Assembly: GCA_021414065.1 (NCBI GenBank)
Contig: JAIOPE010000047.1
Coordinates: 46,272-110,271, forward strand
Length of the DNA: 64,000 nucleotides
Reading direction: 5' to 3'
Source: Planctomycetota bacterium
GTDB lineage: Bacteria; Planctomycetota; JAJSAM01; JAJVHW01
Position 1 is the first letter of the stretch; each line of letters begins with the position of its first letter. Positions 16,866 through 24,922 of the stretch are shown one piece after another. The notes beneath the pieces were generated by a model that saw only the letters and a list, made by a program, of their open reading frames with translations, had not been told where the DNA came from and did not search any database. The position numbers and the translations under genes are program-made.

Positions 16866-19445
16866 TCAGCGAGCCGCGGCGGCTTCGAGTGCCGCTGCGC
16901 CGACCGGGTCGCCGACGCGCCGGAGAGCGGCGACCACTTCGCGAATGATCCCGACGAGTTCCTCCGATGGCGGCACCGCAGCCGCGCGCGTGCGGGTCAA
17001 TGCGTCGCGCGCGGCCTCCGCTGCGTCGGTGACGCGCCCGAGCTTCAGCCGCGCGGCGATCAGGATCGCGGCCGACGCATGCCCGCGCGGAGCCTCGTCG
17101 GCCGCCCAAGCGGCAGGGATTGCCTCGATCGCAGCGCGCTCGGCGTCGGCCGCCGCGCCCTGGGCCCACCGGACACGCGCGAGTTGCGAGTACACCATCG
17201 ACCGCACCGGAACGCCCTCGATCGCCCCTGCCGCGAGCCCATCCGCGAGTTCCTGCTGGAGCGAACCCGCCTCGTCGAGACGTCCCTGGTCGAGTCGCAA
17301 CCCCGCGAGGTTGTGAATGAGGAACACTGTGATGTCGGCGCGCAGTCCGGGTCCTCGACGCGCCGTGCCCGCGGCGGCGACCATCACCTCTCCGGCCTCG
17401 TCGAGACGCCCCGCTTCCTTGAGCGCCTGTCCGTAGTTGCAGGCCGCGTAGAGGGTGTTGCCGTTGTCCGCGCCGAGCAGTTCACGCCAGCCAACGTGCG
17501 CGCGCCTCAGGAACTCAACGCCTTCGGGCAACGGAGCGTCCTCGGTGAGCGCGATCCCGAGGTTCATCTGCGCGCTGAGAAGGGCTGAGTCCGGCGGCCC
17601 GGCGCGCCGCTCCAGCACTGCGACCGCGGCGCGCAACACCTCGATGGCCTCGGCGGTGCGACCGGCATCGCGCAGGACGAGGCCTCGCCCCGTCTGCACT
17701 GCGGCGGTGCGCGGATCATCGGTTCCGTAGGCGTCCACGGCCGCGGCGCACGCAAGCGTGATTTCCGCGAGCGCCGTCGCGTCGTCTGCGTTGCAGCGTG
17801 CCGCGTGGGCGACGCACAGATGCAGGTCGATGATCGACGGGTCCGTCCTGCCGACGATCGGCTCCAGCTCAGCGATGGCACGCGACGCCATCGCGCCCGA
17901 CTCCTCGTGGAGCGACAGCCCGGCGTACGTCGAGGCAACGGCGCTCATGACCGCGGCGCGGAGCTTCGGCTTGGTTGCGAGCTTCTTCGCCGCGTTCGCC
18001 TCGGCCTTGGCGAGTGCGTCCACGACCTTCGTGTCGCGCCCGCTCTCCCCGTCGTCGGCCGCCGTGAAGATCTCGGTCATGAAGTCGCGCACTGCGTTCG
18101 CGTTGTCGCGTTCGGACTCGGCGGTTCTCTGGGACGCCTCGGCCTCGATCCGCGCGTCGTCGGCACGGCGTTTCTCTGCGCGAACGTCGTCGTTCGCCGC
18201 GCGTTGCTGGACGTACAGCGCGGTCGGCGTGCCGACGCAGAGCACGAACGCGAGCACAGCGGCCGTGGCGCTCGCCGGGTGCCGCCGTATCCATCGCCGC
18301 AGCCGCCCGGGGACGCCGACGCGTCGCGCTCCGACCGGTCGCCCGTCGAGGAACGCGCCGAGGTCCGCGGCGAAGTCGGCAGCGGTCGCGTAGCGTTTGG
18401 CGCGGTCCTTCTCGAGCGCCGCAAGGCACACCGTCTCGAGGTCCCGCGACACGTAAGGAGCCGACGAACGGATGGACTCCGGCTCGCGCGTCCCGATCGC
18501 CGAGAGCACCGCCTGCGTGGTGTGCCCGGCGAACGGCACGCGCAACGTCAGCATCTCGTAGAGCGTTGCGCCGAGCGACCAGACGTCGGTCCGGCCATCG
18601 AGATCGGCCACGGCACCGGACGCCTGCTCGGGCGAGGCGTAGTGCGGCGTACCGAGAAAGTCGCCCGCAATCGTCAGCGTGCGCTCCTCCTCCACGTCGG
18701 CCAGGCCGAAGTCGAGGAGGAGAGCGCGACCGTCGCTGCGCAGGATCACGTTCTGCGGCTTGACGTCGCGATGGACGACGCCCTGCGCGTGCGCGCACGC
18801 GAGCGCCTGCGCGACCTGGCGCACGACTCCGGCCGCGGCCATCGCGTAGGTTCCGGGAGGCACAGAGGAGAGCCCCGCGGCGGTCGCGAAGTCCTTCGTC
18901 GTGATGTCGCCCGCCGTCTTGCCGAGGGATCGCAGATGCGCAACCACCGCGGCGAGTGAGCGCCCCCGCACGAACTCCATCGCAATCCACGCATGCCCGC
19001 CGTCGTCGCCGGACTCATAGACCCGCACGATGCCGGGGTGCTCCAGTCGTGCCACGGCCCGGGCCTCGCGCTCGAAGCGCAGTCGCGACGGCTCCGACGC
19101 GAGGCGCTGCGGAAGCACCTTCAGCGCCACGCGGCGGCGGAGCTTCACGTCTTCGGCGAGGTAGACCTGGCCCATCCCGCCGCGGCCGATCTCGCCGAGG
19201 ATCTCGTAGCCGCCAATGACCGGACGGGACTCCTTCGCGCGCGGTGCCGCCTGCTTCGCCATCGCGGCGAGTTCGCGGATCTGCGCGACGAGGTCCGCGC
19301 GACCTGCGGCGGCCCCGGCGACATCGGGCTCGCGGCCTTCGGCGACGTCGTCGAGGAAGCGCGCGAGCGCGGCGTCCAGGATGGACTCGTCGTCGGGCAC
19401 GGAACCCCCCGGATGCGATGGACCGAGACGATCAGAGTCGGTCAC
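16866..19445 (-). CDS. Ser/Thr protein kinase with C-terminal TPR repeats, STK4
   Basis: Inferred GTG start (VTDSDRLGPS...) overlapping the ECF-c TGA stop (GTGA at 19442-19445). GRGGMGQVYLA, HRDVKPQNVIL, DFGLA. The track ORF (1024 aa) runs on through the ECF gene in another frame. Confidence 0.8.
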   Translation of the reverse strand: MTDSDRLGPSHPGGSVPDDESILDAALARFLDDVAEGREPDVAGAAAGRADLVAQIRELAAMAKQAAPRAKESRPVIGGYEILGEIGRGGMGQVYLAEDVKLRRRVALKVLPQRLASEPSRLRFEREARAVARLEHPGIVRVYESGDDGGHAWIAMEFVRGRSLAAVVAHLRSLGKTAGDITTKDFATAAGLSSVPPGTYAMAAAGVVRQVAQALACAHAQGVVHRDVKPQNVILRSDGRALLLDFGLADVEEERTLTIAGDFLGTPHYASPEQASGAVADLDGRTDVWSLGATLYEMLTLRVPFAGHTTQAVLSAIGTREPESIRSSAPYVSRDLETVCLAALEKDRAKRYATAADFAADLGAFLDGRPVGARRVGVPGRLRRWIRRHPASATAAVLAFVLCVGTPTALYVQQRAANDDVRAEKRRADDARIEAEASQRTAESERDNANAVRDFMTEIFTAADDGESGRDTKVVDALAKAEANAAKKLATKPKLRAAVMSAVASTYAGLSLHEESGAMASRAIAELEPIVGRTDPSIIDLHLCVAHAARCNADDATALAEITLACAAAVDAYGTDDPRTAAVQTGRGLVLRDAGRTAEAIEVLRAAVAVLERRAGPPDSALLSAQMNLGIALTEDAPLPEGVEFLRRAHVGWRELLGADNGNTLYAACNYGQALKEAGRLDEAGEVMVAAAGTARRGPGLRADITVFLIHNLAGLRLDQGRLDEAGSLQQELADGLAAGAIEGVPVRSMVYSQLARVRWAQGAAADAERAAIEAIPAAWAADEAPRGHASAAILIAARLKLGRVTDAAEAARDALTRTRAAAVPPSEELVGIIREVVAALRRVGDPVGAAALEAAAAR

Positions 19446-20068
19446 GGCTGCGGTGGCGAGACGGACCGACTGCGAAGCACTTCGAGCCGCTTCGTATACG
19501 CCTCGAGCGCCTTGCGGAACCTGCGCCACGCGGCGGAGAGATGGATGCCCATCTCGCCCGCGACATCTTCCATCGGCCGCTCCTCGAAGAGTCGCGCCTG
19601 CAGGAGCGCCTGGTCCTCTTCCGGAAGCTCCGCGAGCGCCGCGAGCATCACGCGGGACCGCTCTCGCGACGACGCAACGCGACTCGGCGTCTCCGACCCC
19701 GCGGGCAGGAGGTTCCCGAGCGACGACACGCCTTCGGCCTGCTCGAAGTCGGAGAACAGCGCTCGCGTGCCCTTGCCGCCTCGCTTCTCGGTGGTGGCGT
19801 CGCGTGCGATCTTGCGGATGCGGTTTTTCGCGATCGTGATGAGCCACGATCGATAGGCCCGGACGTCGGTCCATGTGTGTTGCGCCCGGTCCCGCCAGGC
19901 GAGGGCGAGCGTCTCCTGCCAGACGTCCTCCGCCTGACACACGCCGCGCACCACGGGCCCCATCGACCGGTCGATGATCACCAGGATCGAGTCCGGACCT
20001 GCCTCGTCGATGATCGCGTCGAAACGCGACGGATCGAGATGGTCCCCGGGTTGCGTCGGCTCGCTCAC
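19442..20068 (-). CDS. ECF sigma factor (ECF-c)
   Basis: ...DPSRFDAIIDEAGPD...AEDVWQETLALAWRDRAQHTW...LPEEDQALLQARLFEERPMEDVAGEMGIHLSAAWRRFRK. Start uncertain: the only in-frame candidate after the upstream gene's stop is GTG at 20068 (VSEPTQPGDHL...). Confidence 0.7.
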   Translation of the reverse strand: MSEPTQPGDHLDPSRFDAIIDEAGPDSILVIIDRSMGPVVRGVCQAEDVWQETLALAWRDRAQHTWTDVRAYRSWLITIAKNRIRKIARDATTEKRGGKGTRALFSDFEQAEGVSSLGNLLPAGSETPSRVASSRERSRVMLAALAELPEEDQALLQARLFEERPMEDVAGEMGIHLSAAWRRFRKALEAYTKRLEVLRSRSVSPPQP

Positions 20069-20099
20069 GCGGCCATCGTCGCTTCCGTTTGCGCCCGCG

Positions 20100-21071
20100 T
20101 CACTTCGAATCGTCGATGCGCCGGAAGACGTCGGCCAGCTTGGCGGCGACCTCGGCCGGCGGCGCGTACTTCGGGTCGATGGCGCGGGCGTCGCGGATCG
20201 ACCGGACGGCGAGATCCACCTCGTTGCGAGCAACTTCCACGACGGCGAGTTCGTGGAGAAGCGCCGGCCGCTGCGCGTCTGCCGACAACTCGATCGCGCG
20301 CCGGAATGAAGCCTCGGCCGTCACGAGATCGTTCTTCGCCACGGCTGCCCGGGCGGCGTCGGCGGCGGAACCCGCGCGCACCAGATCGGAGATGCCCCAT
20401 CCGCAGAGCAACGCGACGAGCACGATCACCGCTCCCACGCCCCAGAGGAGCGCTCGCTTGCAGCCGCGGCGCCCCGGAGCGGAGCCAGCGACGGCCGGCG
20501 TCGCGACCACCGCGTGCGACGCCCCTGCGGGTCGGCCGGCGAGCGCCGCGTGCATGGTCAGGACCTGCGCGGCGTTGTCCGGCACGCCCATCGGCGCCGG
20601 GAAGAACAGGAACCTCGCGTCCGTCGGCGACGCGGAGACGCGCAACTCGTGGTAGACGGAACCCTTCTCGTGCTCGGCCGCGCGCACTGCGCCGAGCGGG
20701 ATCGAGATCCGTTCGAGGACGCCCGCGTACCGTTCGGTGAGCACGAGGATGATGAGGCGGCGGTCGGTCAGTCCGACGAACACCTTGTCGCGCTGGAAGT
20801 AGAGGACGATCGCCCCGAACACGTAGAGCCCCCGCCGGAGCGTCTTCTCCACGCTCTCCTTCGACGGCACGCGCAAGCCGAACGCGCAGGCGACGAGCGA
20901 CTCGCCCGGTTCGAGTTCCTTCGCAAACGCTTCACGGATGCTGGCAGATGTGACGGAGAGGATCATTCGCACGATGTACCGACGCCTGCGTCGCATCGCC
21001 AGACTTCCGCGCGAACCCACGTCGGCAGTCGCCTCGTTCCAAGAAACTGCGAGTCGTTCGGTCTTCCACAA
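20100..21071 (-). CDS. Hypothetical membrane protein (cytoplasmic PH/GRAM-like N-domain, one TM helix, short TPR-like tail); first gene of the ECF-c/STK4 operon
   Basis: 323-aa ORF. Start at 21071 or internal ATG ~20996 (MRRRRRYIV...). TM segment ALLWGVGAVIVLVALLCGWGI. No recognisable catalytic motifs. Confidence 0.5.
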   Translation of the reverse strand: MWKTERLAVSWNEATADVGSRGSLAMRRRRRYIVRMILSVTSASIREAFAKELEPGESLVACAFGLRVPSKESVEKTLRRGLYVFGAIVLYFQRDKVFVGLTDRRLIILVLTERYAGVLERISIPLGAVRAAEHEKGSVYHELRVSASPTDARFLFFPAPMGVPDNAAQVLTMHAALAGRPAGASHAVVATPAVAGSAPGRRGCKRALLWGVGAVIVLVALLCGWGISDLVRAGSAADAARAAVAKNDLVTAEASFRRAIELSADAQRPALLHELAVVEVARNEVDLAVRSIRDARAIDPKYAPPAEVAAKLADVFRRIDDSK

Positions 21072-21118
21072 GACGTTCTCCAGGAACGCGTTGCGTCGCG
21101 CCCAACGCGTCCGTCGTC

Positions 21119-21146
21119 GAGATTCTCGAATTCACCCGACACATTC
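21119..21146. promoter_or_regulatory. Conserved intergenic motif, copy 5 (gagattctcGAATTCACCCGACAC)
   Basis: Between the hypothetical gene upstream of ECF-c and small gene 5. Confidence 0.4.
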
Positions 21147-21221
21147 GCCCACGGGATGCGCTTGGACTCTCCGTGCGACGCAGAACGCGACGCGAGGAAC
21201 CCCACGAACGGAGAGACGACC

Positions 21222-21551
21222 ATGACGAAGCTCACGACGAAGACGAACCTGACGGCCGGCGGCGCGAAGTTGAACCACGCCGCGGCGATCCGCACGGCGG
21301 CGGTCGCGGGTAGCGCGAAGTTGAACCATGCGGCCGCGGTTCGCACCACGATCGCTGCGGGCAGCGCACGGCTGAACCACGCCGCTCCGGTGCGCACGGC
21401 GGTCGCCGCCGGGGGGATGAAGCTGAACCACGCGCCGACCGTCCGCGCCGCGGTCGTCGCCGGGGGAGTGAAGCTCAACCACGCCGCGTCGGTGAAGACG
21501 AACGTCGTCGCTGCGGGATCCAAGCTGAACCACTCCGCTCTCGCGCGCTGA
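21222..21551 (+). CDS. Small tandem-repeat protein 5 (109 aa)
   Basis: gaacGGAGAgacgaccATG; MTKLTTKTNLTAGG then NHAA.VRT.[VI]AAGS.KL repeats; ends NHSALAR*. Confidence 0.8.
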   Translation: MTKLTTKTNLTAGGAKLNHAAAIRTAAVAGSAKLNHAAAVRTTIAAGSARLNHAAPVRTAVAAGGMKLNHAPTVRAAVVAGGVKLNHAASVKTNVVAAGSKLNHSALAR

Positions 21552-21595
21552 GCCGAAGCAACCCGCCCGGACACGGTTGAGCCGTGCCGGGCGGG

Positions 21596-24124
21596 TCACA
21601 GCATTCGCAGGCGTTCCAGCAGCGTCGATGCAGCGGCTGCCATCGGAGCGGCTTCCTCGCTCATCGGCTGCCCCAGCGTCGCCTCGAGTTCCGCCATCGC
21701 CTCCGCGGCCGCGCCGCGCCGCACCATCAGTTCCGCCAGATCGACGCTGAGGTGGACGGCCCGACGGTCGCCCGGCGCCATGCGGCCCTTCCACGCAGAG
21801 CGCAGCGTCCGCAGGATCTCCTCCGCCTCGCCGAAACGACCCTGGAGAGCTCGGATGCGAGCCAACTGCCCGGCTACGCCGACACGCGTCGCAGACGTCG
21901 CGTCCAAGGTCGCGGTGGCGCCCTCGAACACCTCCTCCTGCAACGCCGCGGCAGCGTCCACCTCGCCCAGGTCGATTCGGAGACCGGCCAGGTTGTGAAT
22001 GGCCCCAAACGTGGCCAGGATGTTCGACCCGTACACCTCGCGTGCAAGACGGCACACGTCTTCCAGGTGGGCCGCCGCAGCCGCGGGTCCGTCGTTCTCT
22101 TTGACGAACTGAGCGTACGACGCCAGCGCGTCGATCGTCTCGGGATCGCGCTCGCCATAGGTCTCCCGGCGTGCGTCCCACACGACGCGCATCTCGTCCT
22201 GACCGTCGCGGTCGCGTCCGAAGAGATCGAGAAGGATCGCCCGCGTCTGACGAACGCGAAGCGTCACCCGGTGGCTCGCTCCGAGCGCATCGACGGCCCG
22301 GGGCAGCAGCGCGTCCGCGAACGTCAGCGCTTCGGCGCCGTGACCGTCCATCCACATGGCGTGGACGAAGTCGTGCTCGATGTCGAGTCGGCGTGGGTCG
22401 TCGCTGCGTAACGTGCGCACAGCCGCCGCGGCCACGTCGCGGAGCATCCGGTGCGCTGTCTCGGCGTCGCCCTGCTGCAGGAGGAGCACCGCGAGCAGGT
22501 CCTGCGCGACGAGCGTATCGGGATGATCCGGTCCGAGGCGGCGGTCGAACGTCGCGACGGCCGCGCGGAGGAGTTCGTCGGCCGCGGCGTGCTCCGCGAG
22601 ACCGGTGTAGGCCCGGCCGAGCGTCGTCTGGAGCGCGGCGCGCGTCTCCTCGTTGCCTTGGAACGCGGTGGAGAGCTCGCGGCGCGCCCGTTCGAGGACG
22701 TCGAACACGCGCGCGTCGCGGCCGCGTTGCTCCAGGTCCACCGACTCGAACATCCCCTGGAGGAACCGGTGAACCTGCGCGAACTTGTCGCGCTCGATCT
22801 CCGCGCGGGCGAGGGCAGCCTCGGTCTCGGCCTTCGCAGCGCGCGCGGCGGCCTCGCTCTCGCGAGCGAGCTTCTCGTTGCGTTCCGCGCGGAGCACCGC
22901 AGACCGGAGCTCGGCGTTGCGCGACTGCTGTTCGACGAGCAACTCCGTGAGAGCGCGGTTGCGCTTCACCATGCGGAGCCCGCGCTCAAGAACGCCTGCG
23001 CGCCGCGCTCGGACCGACTTTCCGGCAAGCACCGAGCGCAGGTCGTCCGCGAAAGCGCGCGCAGTCGGCGTGCGGCGCGATCGGGCCTTCTCCAGAGCGG
23101 CGAGGACGACCGTCTCGAGGTCGCGCGGCACGACCGGGTTCAGCTTGGACGGCGCCTCGGGCTCCCACGTCTGGATGCGACGCAGCACCTCGTGCGCGAC
23201 GGGTCCGGGGAACGGCACCTGCAACGTGAGCGCCTCGTAAAGCGTCGCGCCGAGCGACCACACGTCGCTCCGCTCGTCGAGGGACGACGTCTCGCCGGCC
23301 GCCTGCTCGGGACTCGCGTAGTGCGGCGTGCCGAGGAACCCATGCGCCTGCGTGAGCGTCGCTTCGTCCTCGACGTCGGCCAGACCGAAGTCGAAGAGCA
23401 GCGCGAAGCCGTCGCCTCGCAGCATCACGTTCGACGGCTTGACGTCGCGGTGGACCACGCCCTGCGAGTGCGCGTGTGCCAGGGCTTCGGCAATGTCGAT
23501 CGCTGCGCGCGTCGCGGCCTGCCACCACGCGCCGCGCCACGGATCCGGCGGGGCACCGGCGACACCGGCGGCGAACGCGAAGTCCGCACCGGAAAGCCCC
23601 CCGGGCTCGCGACCTCGCAGCGACTCGACCGCGGCTGCGAGCGTGCGCCCATCGACGTACTGGAGTGTGAAGTACGGCTGCCCGTCGGCGTCGCCCATCT
23701 CGTAGACCGGCACGATGAGCGGGTGCGCCAGACGCGCCACGGCCCGGGCCTCGCGCTCGAACCGCTCACGCGCTCGGCCCGACGCCAGCCGCCGGGGCAG
23801 CACCTTCAGCGCGACGAGGCGCCCGAGTCGCTTGTCCTTCGCGAGGAGCACCTGCCCCATCCCGCCGCGGCCGAGTTCACGGATGATCTCGTATCCAGGA
23901 AACTCAGCGGCGGCCGCGTGGATGCGCGGCGGCGAGATCTCCCGCGCGAGCGCCCATGCCGCTTCGATCCGCGGACGCAGATCGGGACGCTCCAGAGCAA
24001 CGGCGTCGACGTCCGGCGTGCGCCCCGCCGCGAGGTCGCGGAGGAACGCCTCCATGGCGGCATCGACGATGCGATCGTCCGGCGTCTCGCTCGAAGATCC
24101 GCGGTCCGCGCCTGCGCGCGTCAC
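21596..24124 (-). CDS. Ser/Thr protein kinase with C-terminal TPR repeats, STK5
   Basis: GTG start (VTRAGADRG...) overlapping the ECF-d stop (GTGA at 24121-24124). GRGGMGQVLLA, HRDVKPSNVML, DFGLA. TPR C-terminus. Confidence 0.8.
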   Translation of the reverse strand: MTRAGADRGSSSETPDDRIVDAAMEAFLRDLAAGRTPDVDAVALERPDLRPRIEAAWALAREISPPRIHAAAAEFPGYEIIRELGRGGMGQVLLAKDKRLGRLVALKVLPRRLASGRARERFEREARAVARLAHPLIVPVYEMGDADGQPYFTLQYVDGRTLAAAVESLRGREPGGLSGADFAFAAGVAGAPPDPWRGAWWQAATRAAIDIAEALAHAHSQGVVHRDVKPSNVMLRGDGFALLFDFGLADVEDEATLTQAHGFLGTPHYASPEQAAGETSSLDERSDVWSLGATLYEALTLQVPFPGPVAHEVLRRIQTWEPEAPSKLNPVVPRDLETVVLAALEKARSRRTPTARAFADDLRSVLAGKSVRARRAGVLERGLRMVKRNRALTELLVEQQSRNAELRSAVLRAERNEKLARESEAAARAAKAETEAALARAEIERDKFAQVHRFLQGMFESVDLEQRGRDARVFDVLERARRELSTAFQGNEETRAALQTTLGRAYTGLAEHAAADELLRAAVATFDRRLGPDHPDTLVAQDLLAVLLLQQGDAETAHRMLRDVAAAAVRTLRSDDPRRLDIEHDFVHAMWMDGHGAEALTFADALLPRAVDALGASHRVTLRVRQTRAILLDLFGRDRDGQDEMRVVWDARRETYGERDPETIDALASYAQFVKENDGPAAAAAHLEDVCRLAREVYGSNILATFGAIHNLAGLRIDLGEVDAAAALQEEVFEGATATLDATSATRVGVAGQLARIRALQGRFGEAEEILRTLRSAWKGRMAPGDRRAVHLSVDLAELMVRRGAAAEAMAELEATLGQPMSEEAAPMAAAASTLLERLRML

Positions 24125-24765
24125 GGGTCGGCCGCCGCCGACACGTCGCCCGCCGCATCGAGACCGCGCAACGCGTCTCGATACAGCACCGCGCCGCGCC
24201 GGAACCGTCGCCACGCGGCCGAGAGGTGGATGTCGAGTTCCGCCGCCACCGACTCCATCGGACGCTCCTCGAGCACGTGGAGCCTCACCACCGCCTCGAC
24301 ATCTTCGGGAAGCGCGTCGAGCGCTCGCAGGATGAGTCGCGCGCGCTCGTGGTGCGACGCGATGCGACTCGGAGTGACGGAGTCGGCGGGGAGAACGTCG
24401 GCGAGCGATCCGCTGTCCGACGCGCGCAGGTCCTCGATCCGGTCGGCAGCGTGCCCCGCGCCGCGCTTCTCCGCGGAGAGGCGGCGACTCGCGTCGCGGA
24501 TGCGGTTCCGGGCGATCTCGAGCACCCACGCGCGGTAGGCGTCCCGCGAAGTCCACGTGTGCTGGGCCCGGTCCCGCCAGGCCGCGGCGAGGGTCTCCTG
24601 CCAGATGTCCTCCGGCTCGCACGCCGCGCGGAGTCTCGGACCCATCGACCGCGCGATGATCGCGACGATCGCGGCCGGCGAGAGGCTCTCGACGAGGGCA
24701 TCGAATCGCACCGGGTCTGCGTGCGAGGGCAGGTCGTTCGCGGGGCGGGACGGGGAGTCGGTCAT
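24121..24765 (-). CDS. ECF sigma factor (ECF-d)
   Basis: ATG 24765 (MTDSPSRPANDLPSHADPVRFDALVESL...). PEDIWQETLAAAWRDRAQHTW; sigma-4 LPEDVEAVVRLHVLEERPMESVAAELDIHLSAAWRRFRRG. Confidence 0.8.
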   Translation of the reverse strand: MTDSPSRPANDLPSHADPVRFDALVESLSPAAIVAIIARSMGPRLRAACEPEDIWQETLAAAWRDRAQHTWTSRDAYRAWVLEIARNRIRDASRRLSAEKRGAGHAADRIEDLRASDSGSLADVLPADSVTPSRIASHHERARLILRALDALPEDVEAVVRLHVLEERPMESVAAELDIHLSAAWRRFRRGAVLYRDALRGLDAAGDVSAAADP

Positions 24766-24821
24766 GGCACTGGGTCCGGTCGGGACGGGGAGGATCCCGT
24801 GCGTCGCGGAGCGATCGTCAC

Positions 24822-24846
24822 GAAATCTCCGGATTTCCCCGACAGG
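24822..24846. promoter_or_regulatory. Conserved intergenic motif, copy 6 (GAAATCTCCGGATTTCCCCGACAgg)
   Basis: Between ECF-d and small gene 6. Palindromic GAAATC-n4-GATTTC. Confidence 0.45.
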
Positions 24847-24922
24847 TTCGCCCGCGCCTTCCGCTCCCTCCCCATGTGGCGCGAGGAACGAGCCACAGGA
24901 ACCGAAACGAGGAGAGACGACC

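Noticed and set aside
16866-19940. ~1000-aa 'fused sigma-kinase' ORFs in the six-frame track (also 21596..24622, 25480..28329, 29115..32267, 32672..35731, 36776..40144, 40505..43366)
   Set aside because: The kinase frame simply stays open upstream through the ECF gene (a different frame) because of the high GC content. The ECF genes have their own stops. The kinase starts were re-set to the GTG/ATG overlapping each ECF stop, consistent with the unambiguous N-termini of STK1 and STK3.
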